DNA from: Camelus ferus
Taxonomy: Eukaryota
Direction: 5' to 3'
DNA length: 64,000 nt
Assembly (NCBI RefSeq): GCF_009834535.1
Contig: NC_045696.1
Span: 10,294,001-10,358,000 of the forward strand
Shown here: positions 1 to 12,962 of the stretch, one piece after another
How positions within the stretch are numbered: position 1 is the stretch's first letter
Layout: each line of letters opens with the position of its first letter
Made by a program: the position numbers and the translations under genes
Notes under the pieces: model-generated
The model's database searches: none
What the model was told of the DNA's origin: nothing
The model's input: only the letters and a program-made list of their open reading frames with translations

Positions 1-335
1 TTATGTGCCAGCGACAAGCTGAATTTTCTTCAAGGGCTCTAGGATCCAGATTATACCCTCTCCCATCCAACTCTGAGTCACTGCAGGTGCCTATTCAGAG
101 TCCCTTGGTGTGTCTTCAGCCATGCAAGGCAGAAACCTGCTGCTCCCAGGACCTCCTTGCATGAGAACCTATATTTCCCTTTACCTCATTTCTGTCTTTA
201 ACAAAGAAACATCCATCCCAGAGAAATCCTGTTCCTGTTGACTCCTGATTCTAGACAGGAAAGTGTATGTTCCTTTGACAGAATAGGTAAGATTTTAACA
301 TTCTGACCACTATGCATGCTTTTATTAATTTCCAG

Positions 336-451
336 GGAAAATGCTTAACATCCACCCATCCTTGCTTCCTTCGTTTAAGGGTTCAAATGCCCATGAACAA
401 GTCCTGGACTCCGGAGTCACACTCACTGGGTGTACTGTGCACTTTGTAGCT
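336..451 (+). CDS. GART: GART trifunctional purine biosynthetic protein, penultimate coding exon (GAR transformylase domain)
   Basis: ttccAG acceptor ends at 335; encodes (G)KMLNIHPSLLPSFKGSNAHEQVLDSGVTLTGCTVHFVA with the formyltransferase NIHP motif; GTGAGT donor at 452. Confidence 0.97.
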
Positions 452-547
452 GTGAGTATGTCTTTTTCTATCAAAGTATTACTAGTGTTTATGTGTAAAT
501 TGTACTGGCCAGAGGTTAATGTTCAAAACTTTTGCTTTCTTTTCCAG

Positions 548-739
548 GAAGATGTAGATGCTGGACAAATTATTTTACAAGAAGCTGTTCCAGTGAAGAG
601 GGGAGACACTGTTGCAACTCTATCTGAAAGAGTAAAATTAGCAGAACATAAAATATTCCCCTCAGCCCTCCAGCTGGTGGCCGGTGGAACTGTGCAGCTT
701 GGAGACAATGGCAAGATCTGTTGGGTCAAAGAGGAATGA
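548..739 (+). CDS. GART: GART last coding exon
   Basis: Pyrimidine tract and ttccAG end at 547; encodes EDVDAGQIILQEAVPVKRGDTVATLSERVKLAEHKIF...GKICWVKEE-stop, matching the mammalian GART C-terminus; TGA 737-739. Confidence 0.97.
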   Translation, partial: EDVDAGQIILQEAVPVKRGDTVATLSERVKLAEHKIFPSALQLVAGGTVQLGDNGKICWVKEE

Positions 740-1144
740 AGCCTCCTAATCCAGGAATGGAGCCAGCTTCGGGAGAATTCTGACTGCTTACAGGGAGGCT
801 TTTTATCATAGACTTAGCCTAAACAATATCTAAGACATGTACGTATTGTCTCCAGTGGTGTGGTCTTTCGCATTTTACCGTTTTGGGGCCTCCTTGTTCA
901 TTCAATCAGACTAGCCGTTCAGAATTCCAAACTTTCAGCCAAACAAGATACGAAAACTTAGTCTTTCTTATTTTTTGAAGAGTTAATCAACAAGTCTGAC
1001 AAGTTAATATTTCTTCCCCATATTAGGTATCTGTACTGATTTGAATTGAGACTTCTCTAATTATTCTGATCATAAGTTGGTGTCATAAAATATCTGGGTA
1101 GCTCCCATTTCTGAGGGACAGTTTTCTTTGTGCTCTGAAGTATC

Positions 1145-1150
1145 ATTAAA
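1145..1150 (+). terminator. Candidate GART polyadenylation signal (ATTAAA); alternative AATAAA at 1977-1982
   Basis: Hexamer about 400 nt downstream of the GART stop; usage cannot be shown from sequence. Confidence 0.35.
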
Positions 1151-3989
1151 CATTCCTCTAATAACTGACAATTTCTGTAATACCCAGATTTTAGCTTCAC
1201 AGTTGGGAGGATGGAGGGCAATCAACCCAGACTAGTAAAGAGTATAATGGGACTACATTTATTTCCCACTGCAGCCAGTCATTTCCAGTCTGGTATGCAG
1301 TTCTGGAACTGGGAGGTTTAGGTTGACATACTGGGTACACGCACTTGACCCTACACACAGGACACCAAGCTTGGGACCACATTTCTATCATAGCTGAGCA
1401 AACAGGGAATGGCCACCTGGCCCGTAGGCAGGCAGCCAGCCTTCGATACTGAGCCACCTTCAAGATGGTGTGGCCTAAGAGCTCTGCCTACCCGACAGGG
1501 GTGCAGCCTTACAGGAAGGGTACCTAGAAGCCCTGTTCAAGTCCTCATGTAGAGTTTAAACTCAAACCCTAACAGCACAGGACTCTTACAGTAGTTACGT
1601 ATAAAAGACAGTAAACTCTCACCTTCAGACAGGAAAGAGTAGGGGGTCAAGAGGAGCAGAGTGGAGTTCCGACAGGGACCTTTGCCAGGAGACCCTAATC
1701 ACTGCCTCTGGTGCTAGTAGGATTCCCCAGGCAGCTGGCCGACATTACCCTACCTCTTGTTGACCGCGTCAGCAACTGCCATCAAATGGGAAGGACAGGT
1801 ACATCATTTCACACAGGTGCGTTTGCTGCAGAAGCAACGGACTCACTGGTTCTGGAGAGTTCACTCAACATAGTTAAGCACGTATTCTGTATATGCCAAA
1901 CACTATCCTATGAAGCCTTTAGAAAGTTAAAAGATATAAAGGAAAATGTTATTGGTTGATAAAATCACATACTGTTAATAAAAGTGGAGGCTGGTACCAG
2001 TATGTAAATTAGAAAAATCAATACTGAGTTTATGACTTTAGAACTAATTCTCCAGTCCTTACTTTGACAGTAATCACAAAAAGGAACCAGCACTCCATGG
2101 AAAGTAGCTGATTTCAGTATCTTCGATAGAATCAAAACGTGTGAAATATCTGACTGACAGAAACCAAAAAAAAAGTTGAAAGCAGCAAGGATGATAAAAG
2201 AAAAAAGGAGGCAGCTTAAAGAATGTCCTGTCTAGTTTTGATAAGCTGAATATTATTTGGACATGTTGAATGTGTGAGTGCCACTGGTTTATAATGATAC
2301 TCAATGAGAAAAGGTCATTTAAGTTATAAAAAAAGTCATAATGCTTAAAATGGTGAAAATGTTAACTTTGATTAATGTAATAAATACAGATATTTGTCTT
2401 TTATTACAGGATGTCTCTATTTGTGTAAGCAGGAAGCCCCTTGATCATACATTGTGTTCAGGTAGAAAGATATGGGACAGGTTGGGGAAGGGGTTCAGTC
2501 TGCTGGTTGGTTACACACAGGAATCAAAGAGAAAGGATTCAACTGTGAGTTCCAAAATGATAAGTAACCCAAATAGTCTAAACAGCAATATTAAAATTTC
2601 TAAGAAATTTCATAGTCTTTAAATGTTCCTTCTCAATTTTTTTTTACTACTTTTAACTACCATGTAAACTTTTTAAAATAACTCAAGTATACCATGATAT
2701 TTAATTATAATAAAGTTTAATAACTCGTACAGCTAGTCCTTCATTACTTCCTTTCACCAGAATTTTCTTGGCTATTCTCTCCCCTGCTAAGCAGCCAGAA
2801 GCACAACCAAAATCATGCCCAGGCAGAGACTGGCAAGGACATTGCTGCCAAGCCAAGTTGGGCTCTGTCAGCTCCCTTTCCAGCAGGCACTCGTCTATAG
2901 CTGCTCCCACAACTGAAATGCACTCTGAATGCCTGTTATCTCTAGGTCATTTGTCCAGGCTTAATGTCCCAGGCAGGATTATCTGGTCAAGTTTAGGTCA
3001 CTCACCCTGCTCTCATGGCCATGGGTCAAAGAGAACAGGAAAACAGCCTTTGGGCTGTCAGAGACAGTGAAACTGCCTGTCACACAATGGTGGATGCCCC
3101 AGACACAAGGGATTCCCATGCTCAGCAGCCCCCATTTGGCAAAGGTCCAGTGACAGATGCAGCTGTAAGTAGTTCAGGAAGATTAATAAAATTCCAGGGT
3201 TTTTTTTTTTTTAAGTTCATGTTATGTTGACAGTCCTACTAGCTTTTTCTCCCCAAGCTGCTTTTTACCAGTTACCTTTGTAATACATAAATTACACCTC
3301 TGCTATTGTTTTTTTTGGGTTTTGTTTGGTTAGTTGGTTGGGGTTTTTTTGTTTGTTTGTTTTGGGGGTTTTTTGTTTGGTTTGGTTTGGTAAAAATGGA
3401 AAATGTTGCCTTTAATGAGAAAGCTGGCAATCAGGGGACAGGCAGACTCGTCCCAAAATCAACTCTGAAGATTGTGTTCAGCCATCAAAGTTTTTAAAGA
3501 GAAAAGGGGAAGTAATCTCAGTTAATCATGGAGATAGGGGATCAGACTCACCGCCATCTCCCACTGCGCGCAGGTCTGTCGACTCCGTGCTACCTTCCTT
3601 TAGGTGCTACCCTGGTCACACAGTTTGCTCATGAGATTACTGAAGGGGAAGCTGGGGAAGAGAGCAGGTCATCTGCTAATTACTTAATTCTTCATGTCTA
3701 TTTCTTTGATCTGCTAGTCTTAGAGAGACTTCTACAGAGGTGGAGGGTGGCTGTGGCTCACTCTGAGGACACAGACACTGATGACAGACATGCTGGGGAA
3801 CACCTAGCTTCCTGAACACTCCCAGCGGCTGACATCCCAGATCACTCGTGCCAAGACCCACCACTGTTTAAAAGAGACAGTCTGATAGCCATTCTTTCAC
3901 AAGCCATGTAAACCTTATATTAACCACAACATAAGGCCATTTTCCTTTAACAGAAGTCAATTTTTAATTAACAATTAAAAATTAACTCA

Positions 3990-4420
3990 TAAGTAGAAAT
4001 AATCCAAATGTCCATCAGCTAATGAATTGATAAAAAAGTGGACTATTCATACAATGAAATATTATTCTGCCATAAAAAGAAATGAAGTACTTACACACCC
4101 ACACACCCTACAACATGGATGAACCTTGAAACATAAGTTAAAGAAGACAATCACATGACTGCATACTTATGATTCCATTTATATGAAATGTCCAGAATAG
4201 GCAAATCCTTAGAGACAGAGTAGATTAATAGCTGCCAGGATATTTGGAGATGATGACCAAAGGGTACAGTGTTTCTTTTTGGGTAATGACAATATTCTAA
4301 AATCTATTGTGTAATAGTTGCACCACCCCGTGAACACACCTAATCCAATGAATTGTACTCTTTAAATGGATGAAGTGTGACATATGAATTATAGTCAATA
4401 AAACTGTCCTCCCAAAAAGA
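3990..4420 (+). mobile_element. Old L1 (L1MB/L1MC-like) 3' end fragment
   Basis: Typical L1 3' motifs: ccaaatgtccatc, atggatgaaccttgaa, atgattccatttatatgaaatgtccagaataggcaaatc, terminal caataaaa. Confidence 0.8.
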
Positions 4421-4487
4421 TAAAACTCCTTCTGTTACCATAAAAAGATTAATTCATAGTTCTTTAAAAACATCAGGATTACATTTA

Positions 4488-4930
4488 ATCAGCCACAAAA
4501 AAGAATAATGCCATTTGCAGCAACATAGATGGAACTGGAGATCGTCATTTTAAGTGAAGTAAGCCAGAAAGAGAAAGAAAAATAACATATGATATCACTT
4601 GTATGTGGAATCTAAAAGAAAAAAAAAAGACACTCATGAACTCATCTACAAAACAGAAACAGACTCACAGACATAGTAAACAAATTTATGGTTACTAGGG
4701 GGAAAGGGAGTGGGAAGAGAAATTGGGAGTTGGAGATTTGCAAATATTACCTTCTATATATAAAATAGATAAACAACAAGTTTCTTCTGTATAGCACAGG
4801 AAACTATATTCAATCTCTTGTAGTAACCTATAATGAAAACGAATATATGTATGTACATGTATGATTGAAACATTATGCTGTATACCAGAAATTGACACAT
4901 TGTAAACTGACTACACTTCAACTTAAAAAA
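4488..4930 (+). mobile_element. Younger 5'-truncated L1 3' end with target-site duplication
   Basis: L1 3' UTR (gccatttgcagcaacat, aaaacagaaacagactcacagacatag), A tail; TSD GATTACATTTA at 4477-4487 and 4931-4941. Confidence 0.9.
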
Positions 4931-5389
4931 GATTACATTTAGTCGTATGTTATAAAATACATCAAACTTACATTCAAAATACTTCACATTCGGAATGAAG
5001 TCACTTGAATACAGATAGACTTCCATGTTTTGTGACAGAAATCATGCTAAACACTATCTAAACAGAAATTCTAATCCGCAAATCTTCCATCTGTTAACCT
5101 GGTAATTCCCTGGGTAAGCTTATTAAAAATGCTAACTCCTAAGCCCCACCTGTGTTCTGAGCATTGCAATAAAGCACTGCATGAAGATTTCAATACTCCA
5201 AACTGATTTTATTTTTAAAAGAGGTTCATGAATTGAATTATTTGTGGAGATTGATAGTCAATTGCATTTTAAATTTTTCTGCACCACTAACCTCCAAAAA
5301 TGTATAGGAAAAATAGTTTTATGTAGCAATATCACTCAATTCCTTGACTGTTTCTGTTATATGCAAGAACAAAATAAAACAGGTGTCAT

Positions 5390-8095
5390 TTGATTTCTCC
5401 ACATCCTCACCAATACTTGCTATTTTCGATCATTTTGATTACAGTCATTCCAGTGGTACAAAATGGTATCTCATTGTGGTTTGATTTACATTTCCCTAAT
5501 GACTAATGATATTAGGCATCTTCCCATGTCTTATCAGCCATTTGTATGTCTTCTTTGGAGTAGTATCTATTCAAATTCTTTGCTCAATTTAAAATTGAGT
5601 TAAATGTCTTTTTATTGGTGAATTGTCAGAGTTCTTTATATATCCTAGATACTAGACCCTTATGAGATATGTGATTTGAAAAAATTTTCTCATATTACGT
5701 GGTTTCTCTTTTCAGTTTCTCAATGGTATCCTTTGAAGCCCAATTATTTTTCATTTCAATGAAGCCCAATGTGGGAGCCCATGATTGGGTTAACAAATTG
5801 TAACAGACCCCAGCCACTTGTCTCCTTAAAGAAGAGCAAATGTGCTTAGTAACTGCCTTGCTTGCACAGTTGAGGTTTTAGATAGCACTCTGCTCCTTGC
5901 AAAGCAACAACCCAGACCCTCGGCTATAAGCGCTGGGCGTGCCTGCTGTTAGATAGTATTCTATCCCCAAAGCAAGGAACTGGCTGGGCTAGTGGTCTGC
6001 TTTAACGTATCTATAAGAATGTATCTTGCTCCCCTCTTCCCATGACTTCCCTAAAGGTAAACTGTGGGCCCCCAAAGTAACGAGTCTTGGGCTGGAATGG
6101 TAAACAAGTTATAAAAAGCTGCAGACTCAGAGGTGAGGAGGCTGGTTAGCCAATGACGGGTAAGACCCCCAGAGGGGGGCAACCTAAGACAGGCACAGCC
6201 GCCTGAGTCCAAGAAAAATGTCAAGCAGCTTCTTCTCAGACGTTCAACCCTGATAAGCTGTAAGGCTCGCTGATGTCAACACAAACATGACTTACCAAAA
6301 GATAAAGGGTCTTTTGACCTTGAGCCAGACTTTACAATCTAGATCCCACCCTGTCTTTCCCTAAATTCCTGCATTCCATCACACAATTGTCAATGATTTC
6401 TCCTTTGATTGTACACAATAAATGTGAGGGCATTTGAGAGGTTTGTGGAGTTGGCTCCCGACTCCCTCTCGCTGTCTTGACTTTTCCATAGAGTCTTGAG
6501 TAATTCATTCCGTTTCGGTGGGACTTCTGCTGGCCAGAACCCACAACTGGTGACAAACCCACAGCCCAATTTTTCTATTTTTTCTTTTGTTATTTGTGCT
6601 TTTGGTATCCTATCTAAGAAAACATTGCCAAATCCAAGGTCACAATGATTTACACCTACGTTTCCTTCTAAGAGTTTTATAGTTTCAGCTCTCATATTTA
6701 GATCTTTGATCCGTCAAGAGTTCATTTTTGCATGGTGTGAGGTAAAGGTTCAGCTTCATTCATTTCCATATGCACATCCAGTTGTCCCAGCACCATTTAC
6801 TGAAGTTTATTATTTCCCCCATTAATTGTCTTGCAATCCCTGTCAAAAATCAATTGACTATAAATGTATGAGTTTACTTCTCTGGATTCTCAATTATATT
6901 TCATTGATCTGTATGTCCATCATATGCCAGTACCACGAAGTCTTGATTACTCTAGCTTTGTAGTGAGTTTTGAAATCAGGAAGTGTGACTCCTCCAACTT
7001 TGTTTTTTTCAAGAATGTTTTGGTATTCTGTGTTCCTTGAATTGCCATATGAATTTAGAATCAGCTTGCCCATCTTTTTCAAAAAAGCCCACAGGGATTT
7101 TGAAAGGAATTTTATTTAATCTGTAGATTAATTTGGAGAGTATTTCCATCCTGACAATATTAAGTCTAATCAAAGAACATGGGATGTCTTTCCATTTATT
7201 TGGGTCTTCTTTAATTTCTTTCAACAATATATTATGACTTTTAGTCATAATTTAGTCATTTTACCTCCTCAGTAACATTTATTCTTAATTTTTTTTTCCT
7301 TTTGATGCTATGTTAAATGGAATTGTTAATTTCCTTTTCAGCTTGTTTAGTGCTGGTTTATAGAAATACAACTTATTTTTGCATTTTGTAACTTATATCC
7401 TGCAACTTTGCTGAGTTCATTTATTAATTCTAATAGTTTGTCAACTCTTTAGGATTTTCTATATATAAGATAAAATCATCTGTATATGTAGTTTTACTTC
7501 TTTCTCCCCTCCTTTTTTTCCCCAAATAAAAGATGTCTTTTATTTCTTTTTCTTTTCTAATTTACATAGCTAAATAAATACACAACACTACATAAAAGCG
7601 GTGAGAGCTGACATCCTTTTCTTGTTCCTGATCACATAGGAAAGCTTTCAGTCTTACCTATTAAGTGGATTGTAGTAAATACACTTTATAAGGTTGAGGA
7701 AGTTGCTTTCTAGTCCTTGTTTGCTGGGTGTTTTTACTATGAGAGTTGGATATTATCAAATGCTTTTTCTGCATCCATTGAGATGATCATGTGTTTTTCC
7801 CCCTTCATTCTTTCAATATGGTGTATTCCATTGACTGATTTTTCATATCCTACTGAACTATCCTTGCATTCCAAGGATAAATCTTTCTTGGTCATGGTGT
7901 ATAATCTTTTAATATGCTGCTGGATTTGACTCGTTGGTAATCTGTTAAAATTTTTTCATCTATATTCATAAAGCATATTAGTCTGTAGTTTTCTCTTCTT
8001 GTAATATCTCTGTCTGGTTTTGGTGTCAGGATAATACTGACCTTACAGAATGAGAAACATTTAGGAAATGTTCTCTTCCATTTTTCTTTTCTCAG
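5390..8095 (-). mobile_element. Degraded L1 ORF2 region, interrupted by an LTR at 5770-6563
   Basis: Minus-strand ORF fragments with L1 ORF2p peptides: [19 protein letters not shown] (7892-8098), LKEIKEDPNKWKDIPCS (7009-7248), [10 protein letters not shown] (6894-7082), ETIKLLEGNVG (6390-6695); multiple frameshifts. Confidence 0.92.
5770..6563 (+). mobile_element. Solo LTR, probably ERV2/betaretrovirus-like class
   Basis: Termini TGTGGG...CCCACA; 6-bp TSD GCCCAA at 5764-5769 and 6564-6569; TATAAAA near 6110 and AATAAA 6417-6422. Class inferred from TSD length. Confidence 0.85.
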
Positions 8096-9193
8096 CACCC
8101 CTCAAATAGGCCTTCACCACCAGGGCAGAGAAAGTTTCACCACTTATCAAAGTAACTTAATTTATCAGCTTTCTGCAGTAGAAGGGTGGACAAACTGATC
8201 CTTCAGGAATTTGGATAGTAAACAGATTTCTCTCATTTCTCATTAGCAATTACAATACAGAGGTTTTAAGAGTGTGTGTTTGTGTGTACGTATGTGCCCA
8301 TGTGCCTGTCAGACTGGCGAAGTTGAGATTACTAATGCATTATCAAGGGTGGGTGGAATAACGGGCATTCCAATATGCTGGTAGTACAGATTGGTTCATC
8401 CTCTCTCCAACATAATTTAACAAGACTTATTTATTCACAAAATGCAGTGGCCACCTTTCCATGTCTGTGCCTAGAGATCCACATCAGTATTTTCACAGGC
8501 TGTAGAGGATTGGAAGCTTCCTAATTTATGTTTCCAATCTCTCGTGGTTATTTAATACCCACCCCCTTTTTTTTGCTATTATAAATAGTGGTTCAACTGA
8601 AAATCTTGGATTCCCCTCCCCTAAAATTCTCAGAAGTAATCAAGATCCTAAAGTTTGTGTGAATGGTTCTTATGCTGAGCATGGCCTTTTAAATGGAGAA
8701 TTTATTGATTAAGAACACTCTGCCATTGCTACTTTGTTTTAGGTATTTTTGTCATGTTAATGCTTTGGAGGAAAAAAAAAATCTTATTTTTCTTACTGGC
8801 AGAATTTTACTCTGGTCCTTAGAGAAGAGAAATGTTCGTAGTTTGAATCCTTTGAGAAACCACTCAGCACTGGAAATGAGACAGACACTACCATCTCACC
8901 TCTCACCTTTGCAAAACCCAACTGAGAAAAATAAATGGTCCTTGAAAGGCTGGGTAGATGGTACACTTCAGCGCTTCTCTTTTCTACATAAAGTGTTGAA
9001 ACTTGAAGTGCATTTCAGAGGCAAAGTAGGGAGAAGGAAGGGGGTGAGAGGTGTAAGGCAGGAGAATGGGATGTCTATAAGGAACTTGTAGGAAGTTTTG
9101 CTTGGTGGCTTCGAATAGAACCCTCTCCTCTGTGTCCTGTAAATAATCTTCAGTGAAATGTCCATTTTCCACTGACATCTTATAAAATGAAGT

Positions 9194-9315
9194 GGGGAGG
9201 GTATAGCTCAGCGGTGGAGCCCACGCTTAGCATACCCGAGGTCCTGGGTTCAATCCCTAGTACCTCCATTAAACAAATAAATAAACCCAATTACTGCCCC
9301 AACAACAAAAAAAAT
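9194..9315 (+). mobile_element. tRNA-derived SINE (camelid Vic-1-like)
   Basis: GGGGAGGGTATAGCTCAGCGG (A box)...GGTTCAATCCC (B box), followed by the family tail aaataaataaacccaattac and an A-rich end. Confidence 0.9.
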
Positions 9316-9840
9316 TTTTTTTAAAGAAGAAGATAAGTGTTCAGGCATGCCCCAGAGCTATAGGAGACAGGAATAAAGGCTCCCAGGAGCTATGCTGAGA
9401 AATGAATCATACTGCTTAGCACTTTTGGTTGATGATTCAGATACAAAGAATGTTTAAAATCTAATCAATGATTTAACAAAGGTCTCTGTACTACTAACTA
9501 AATTTTGAAACAATTTCTCCCAGAATTGAGACTGTTGATTTAGAAAGCTACGTGCCAAGCCAATATGCAACTACTCTAGCACCTTCTTTTCCTTCTGCAG
9601 CATTTAATCATGTTCGTCCTCTGGATGGGAAGGGTTATAAGGAAAAATCTTGCAGTAGTCTCTGCCACTAACTGTATGGCCTCGGGCATGTCATTTTTCT
9701 CTCAGATGAGTAAGACTAGATGATTTCCAAGGTCCCTTCTAGTTCCAACATTCTACTATTCCTTGATTAGCAGATTTGGCAGATAATGAATCTAGGGAGA
9801 ATTAAGGGAAAAGGAGGAATGAGAGAAAGAATGGTCCGCA

Positions 9841-10265
9841 GTGGAGTCCCTGATCCTCAGCATTACTGACATTTCAGGACAGATAATTCTTTGTTGTTCA
9901 GGCTGTCCTGTGCATTGCAGGATGTTGAGCAGCATCCTTGGTCTCTACCCACTAGATGCCAAAAAAATCCTCACTTGTGGCAATCAAAAACGTCTCCGGA
10001 CAAAGGTCCCCTGGGAGACAAAAATCTTTCCTCTGTCCAGTTGAAAGCCAATGGGTACAGTCAGCCAAAGAACGATGCAAGGGTCCAGACAGTTTGCCTC
10101 AGGTGTGGTCAGTGGTCCTCTGCACCAGCATCACCTGGAAACGCATTAAACATACAGATTCTAGCTCCACCCCAGCACCACAGAATTAGACTCTCTAGAG
10201 GGAGTATGTGGAATCTGAATTATTAAGAAGCTCCTCATATTACCCTATAGGGTAAGAATTCCACT
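9841..10265. mobile_element. hAT-Charlie relics (MER20-like ~9841-10040, MER5-like ~10090-10265)
   Basis: gataattctttgttgt..ctgtcctgtgcattgcaggatgttgagcagcatcc..ctctacccactagatgcc (MER20-like); cagcatcacctgg..cagattct..ccccag (MER5-like). Confidence 0.7.
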
Positions 10266-10399
10266 CCAGGCCCTCCTAGCTCAAATCTGAACAGAATGAG
10301 TCATCAAATACTATTCTGGTTGAATTCAGATCAGTTCAAAAGAAGGAAAGGGACTCCAAGTTCCTGATTCTGATTATTGAAACACTGAATTCAAAACAA

Positions 10400-10620
10400 A
10401 CATTGACGTAGTGCTCACCACATGCTTTACATTAGCTCAATGAATCCTTATAGCAACTTTATCAGGTGGATACCATCATCACCCCCTTTTTATAAATGAG
10501 GAAACTGAGGCACAGAGTTAAGTCACTTAGCCAAGAACATCCACTGAGTGCTAGGCATATCCAAGATCCAAACTCAGGCAGTATGGATCTAGAGCATGTG
10601 CACTTAACCACTACACTCTG
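10400..10620 (-). mobile_element. MIR SINE
   Basis: Core atgaggaaactgaggcacagagttaagtcactt. Confidence 0.8.
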
Positions 10621-10699
10621 CTTCCCTTGAATGTGTTTGTCAGGACAGGACTTCCAGAATGACAAAGCACTGATCTAACCAGGGAAAGAGACAGCCAAG

Positions 10700-12040
10700 A
10701 AGAGCCCTCCTGGGATCTAGTCAGCTCTGGGTTTGGGAAGGTCATGTGTATACGATAGGTTGCACCTATTCAGGAGCAATCAGGGCAGGGCTTAAAAGTG
10801 TCCCCAAGCCACACACAGAACCACCCACACAAGTCTCACTGGCACAAGGGGCTTAAACACAATCTCTGACGAACACTGGTTCACCAGTAATCCACTCTGA
10901 CCCCGAAGCAACTTCTAGTTGCTAAAAACATCAAGCCTAAAAATACTGTACTCATCCCCAGCAGAAAACTGTGTGTGTGCTGAAGGCTGTACCCTCTGAG
11001 GAATGATCAGACAGGGAACCTCCAAGTAACTAGTCTCTAGCTGAATATGAGGCAAAAACATAAATTCCTTGAACTGTGCCACGCACACACATCCAGTGGC
11101 AAAGGGGAAAATCTAAGTGGCTAAGAGGGTTGATGCGCATCCCTTGCTCAGTAAGTGCCTTATTCCTACCCAGGGCAACCCTAAACAGCCATTGTTAAAA
11201 GATAAGAACAAGAGGGGAAAATCTGAGCAGGGACATCAGAGGCTACACATTGTAGGGAAATAGACTTTGCAGAATTAGTTCAGCAAAGTCGCTAAGAAAT
11301 AGACAACAAAGCCAGCAACAACCACCACCTTCAGAGTGGGGGAATCAGTATCCAAGGCAGCTACAATGTATTATCTAAAATGCCCACCTTCAACAAAAAA
11401 TTACAAGACATGCGAAAAACAGGAAGTGTGACTCATACACAGGAAAAAAAGTAGGTAATAGAAAATGTCTTTGACAGGGGCCTAGATGGTGAAGACTTCG
11501 CAAAGACTTCATAGCAGCCATTAAAACTATGTACAGAGAATGAAAGGAAAGTATGCTTAAAGAATTAAAAGAAGGTATGATGAAAATGTCTCATCAAATA
11601 TAGAATATCAATAAAGGGATACAAATTATTTTTAAAAATTCAAACAGAAATTCTGAAGTGATAAATATAACATTTGAAATGAAAACGTCACTAAAGGGAC
11701 TCAGTAGTAGTAGGCTTGAGCTGGCATAAAAAAGAATCAGTGAACTCGAACATAGATAAAATAGAGGTCATGCAACCTGAGAAAAAAGAATGAAGAGAAA
11801 AGAACAGAGCCTCAGAGAAATTTGGGACACCATTAAGTACACCTCACATGCATAATGCGGGCATTGAAAGGAGAGGAAGAGACAAGAAAAATATTTGAAG
11901 AAATAATGGCTATGAACATTACAAATTTTATAAAAAACATTAATTTACACATCTAAGAAACTCCATAAACTCAAAAAAAGATACATATCCAGACACATCA
12001 GAGCCAGAATGTTTAAAGCCAAAGACAATGAAGGCACCAG
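10700..12040 (+). mobile_element. Ancient L1 5' UTR/ORF1 remnant
   Basis: A-rich ORF1-like sequence (aagaatcagtgaactcgaa, gaacagagcctcagagaaatttgggacaccattaag, aaaatatttgaagaaataatggc); left boundary approximate. Confidence 0.7.
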
Positions 12041-12043
12041 AGC

Positions 12044-12080
12044 AACTCAGATCACATAGGACCTTAACTGTTGAACAAAC
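12044..12080 (-). pseudogene. Micro-NUMT: 37-nt fragment of mitochondrial 16S rRNA
   Basis: AACTCAGATCACATAGGACCTTAACTGTTGAACAAAC versus recalled mammalian mt-16S reverse complement AACTCAGATCACGTAGGACTTTAATCGTTGAACAAAC (33/37 identical). Confidence 0.7.
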
Positions 12081-12197
12081 CCAATGCATAGGAGACAACA
12101 TAATGGATCTTAACTTTAGATAAAAATTCTTTACCTATAAATGAAGCCCAGGTTTCCCAAGGATTGTCAAAGGCTCTCTACCCTGTAGTTGGAATCT

Positions 12198-12430
12198 CAA
12201 AAAAAAAAAAAAAAAAAGAAAGAAAGAAAAGAAAAAGAAAATGGTAACTCTGTGAGGTGATGTTGTTAATTAGCTTGTGATTATTATTTTGCAATTGTAC
12301 ACGTTTTGCACAATTTTTTACAATTTTTTACACTATTTTTTAATTGTAATTTGCACACAAATTATCAAGTTGTACACTTTAAATGTATACAATTTTTATT
12401 TGTCAATTATACCTCAATAAAGCTGAAAAC
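12198..12430 (+). mobile_element. A-rich tract followed by an L1 extreme 3' end fragment
   Basis: atggtaactctgtgaggtgatg...ttaattagcttg...atcaagttgtacactttaaat...gtcaattatacctcaataaagctg. Confidence 0.75.
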
Positions 12431-12962
12431 AAGTTGTGAAGGCTGAGAAAAGCATAGAATAGTTGTGCTGTAAAGCTGTGATTTTGATAAACATGCAGGG
12501 TAAATGTAATATGGGTTGGAAACAATTCAAATCTTGATTCTCAGGATCTGCATGTTTCCCCCACTGATGGCCTGGGAGATATGTGCATTATTCATAGTTT
12601 CAAGGAACAGAAAGTGTTAGAGCTCAGCACCAGTCAAATGCAGATAACTCAAGCTCAAAGCACAATAAATCATCATGCTAAATCAATACCAAAAATGAAG
12701 AGGAGGCATCCTGGGTTGGGGAGGGCCGTTTACTGTCAGCAAATTTCCACAGATCCTGTGTGCGGCCCCTACTGACTACTTTAGGATGGGTCGATAACTG
12801 GTTAACTCACCTGGGAAGAGGGAAATGGGAAAAATATCCAAATGAGTGTGGCTCTCCTCTTTTCCAGGGTACCTTTCCCCAACCCCTCTGGACTCTGAGT
12901 CTTGTTTAACTAATTAAGCGAATCTACCACCTTCTTTCTTTTCAAGCCAACCCTGTGTACAG

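Noticed and set aside
341..739. 132-aa ORF as a stand-alone formyltransferase gene
   Set aside because: It is two GART exons joined through a 96-nt intron with canonical GT-AG sites; the Met at 341 is internal to GART.
9194..9266. tRNA-Ala-like gene (also at 27024 and other SINE heads)
   Set aside because: Acceptor and anticodon stems are degenerate and each copy runs into a shared SINE tail, most with TSDs, so these are SINEs.
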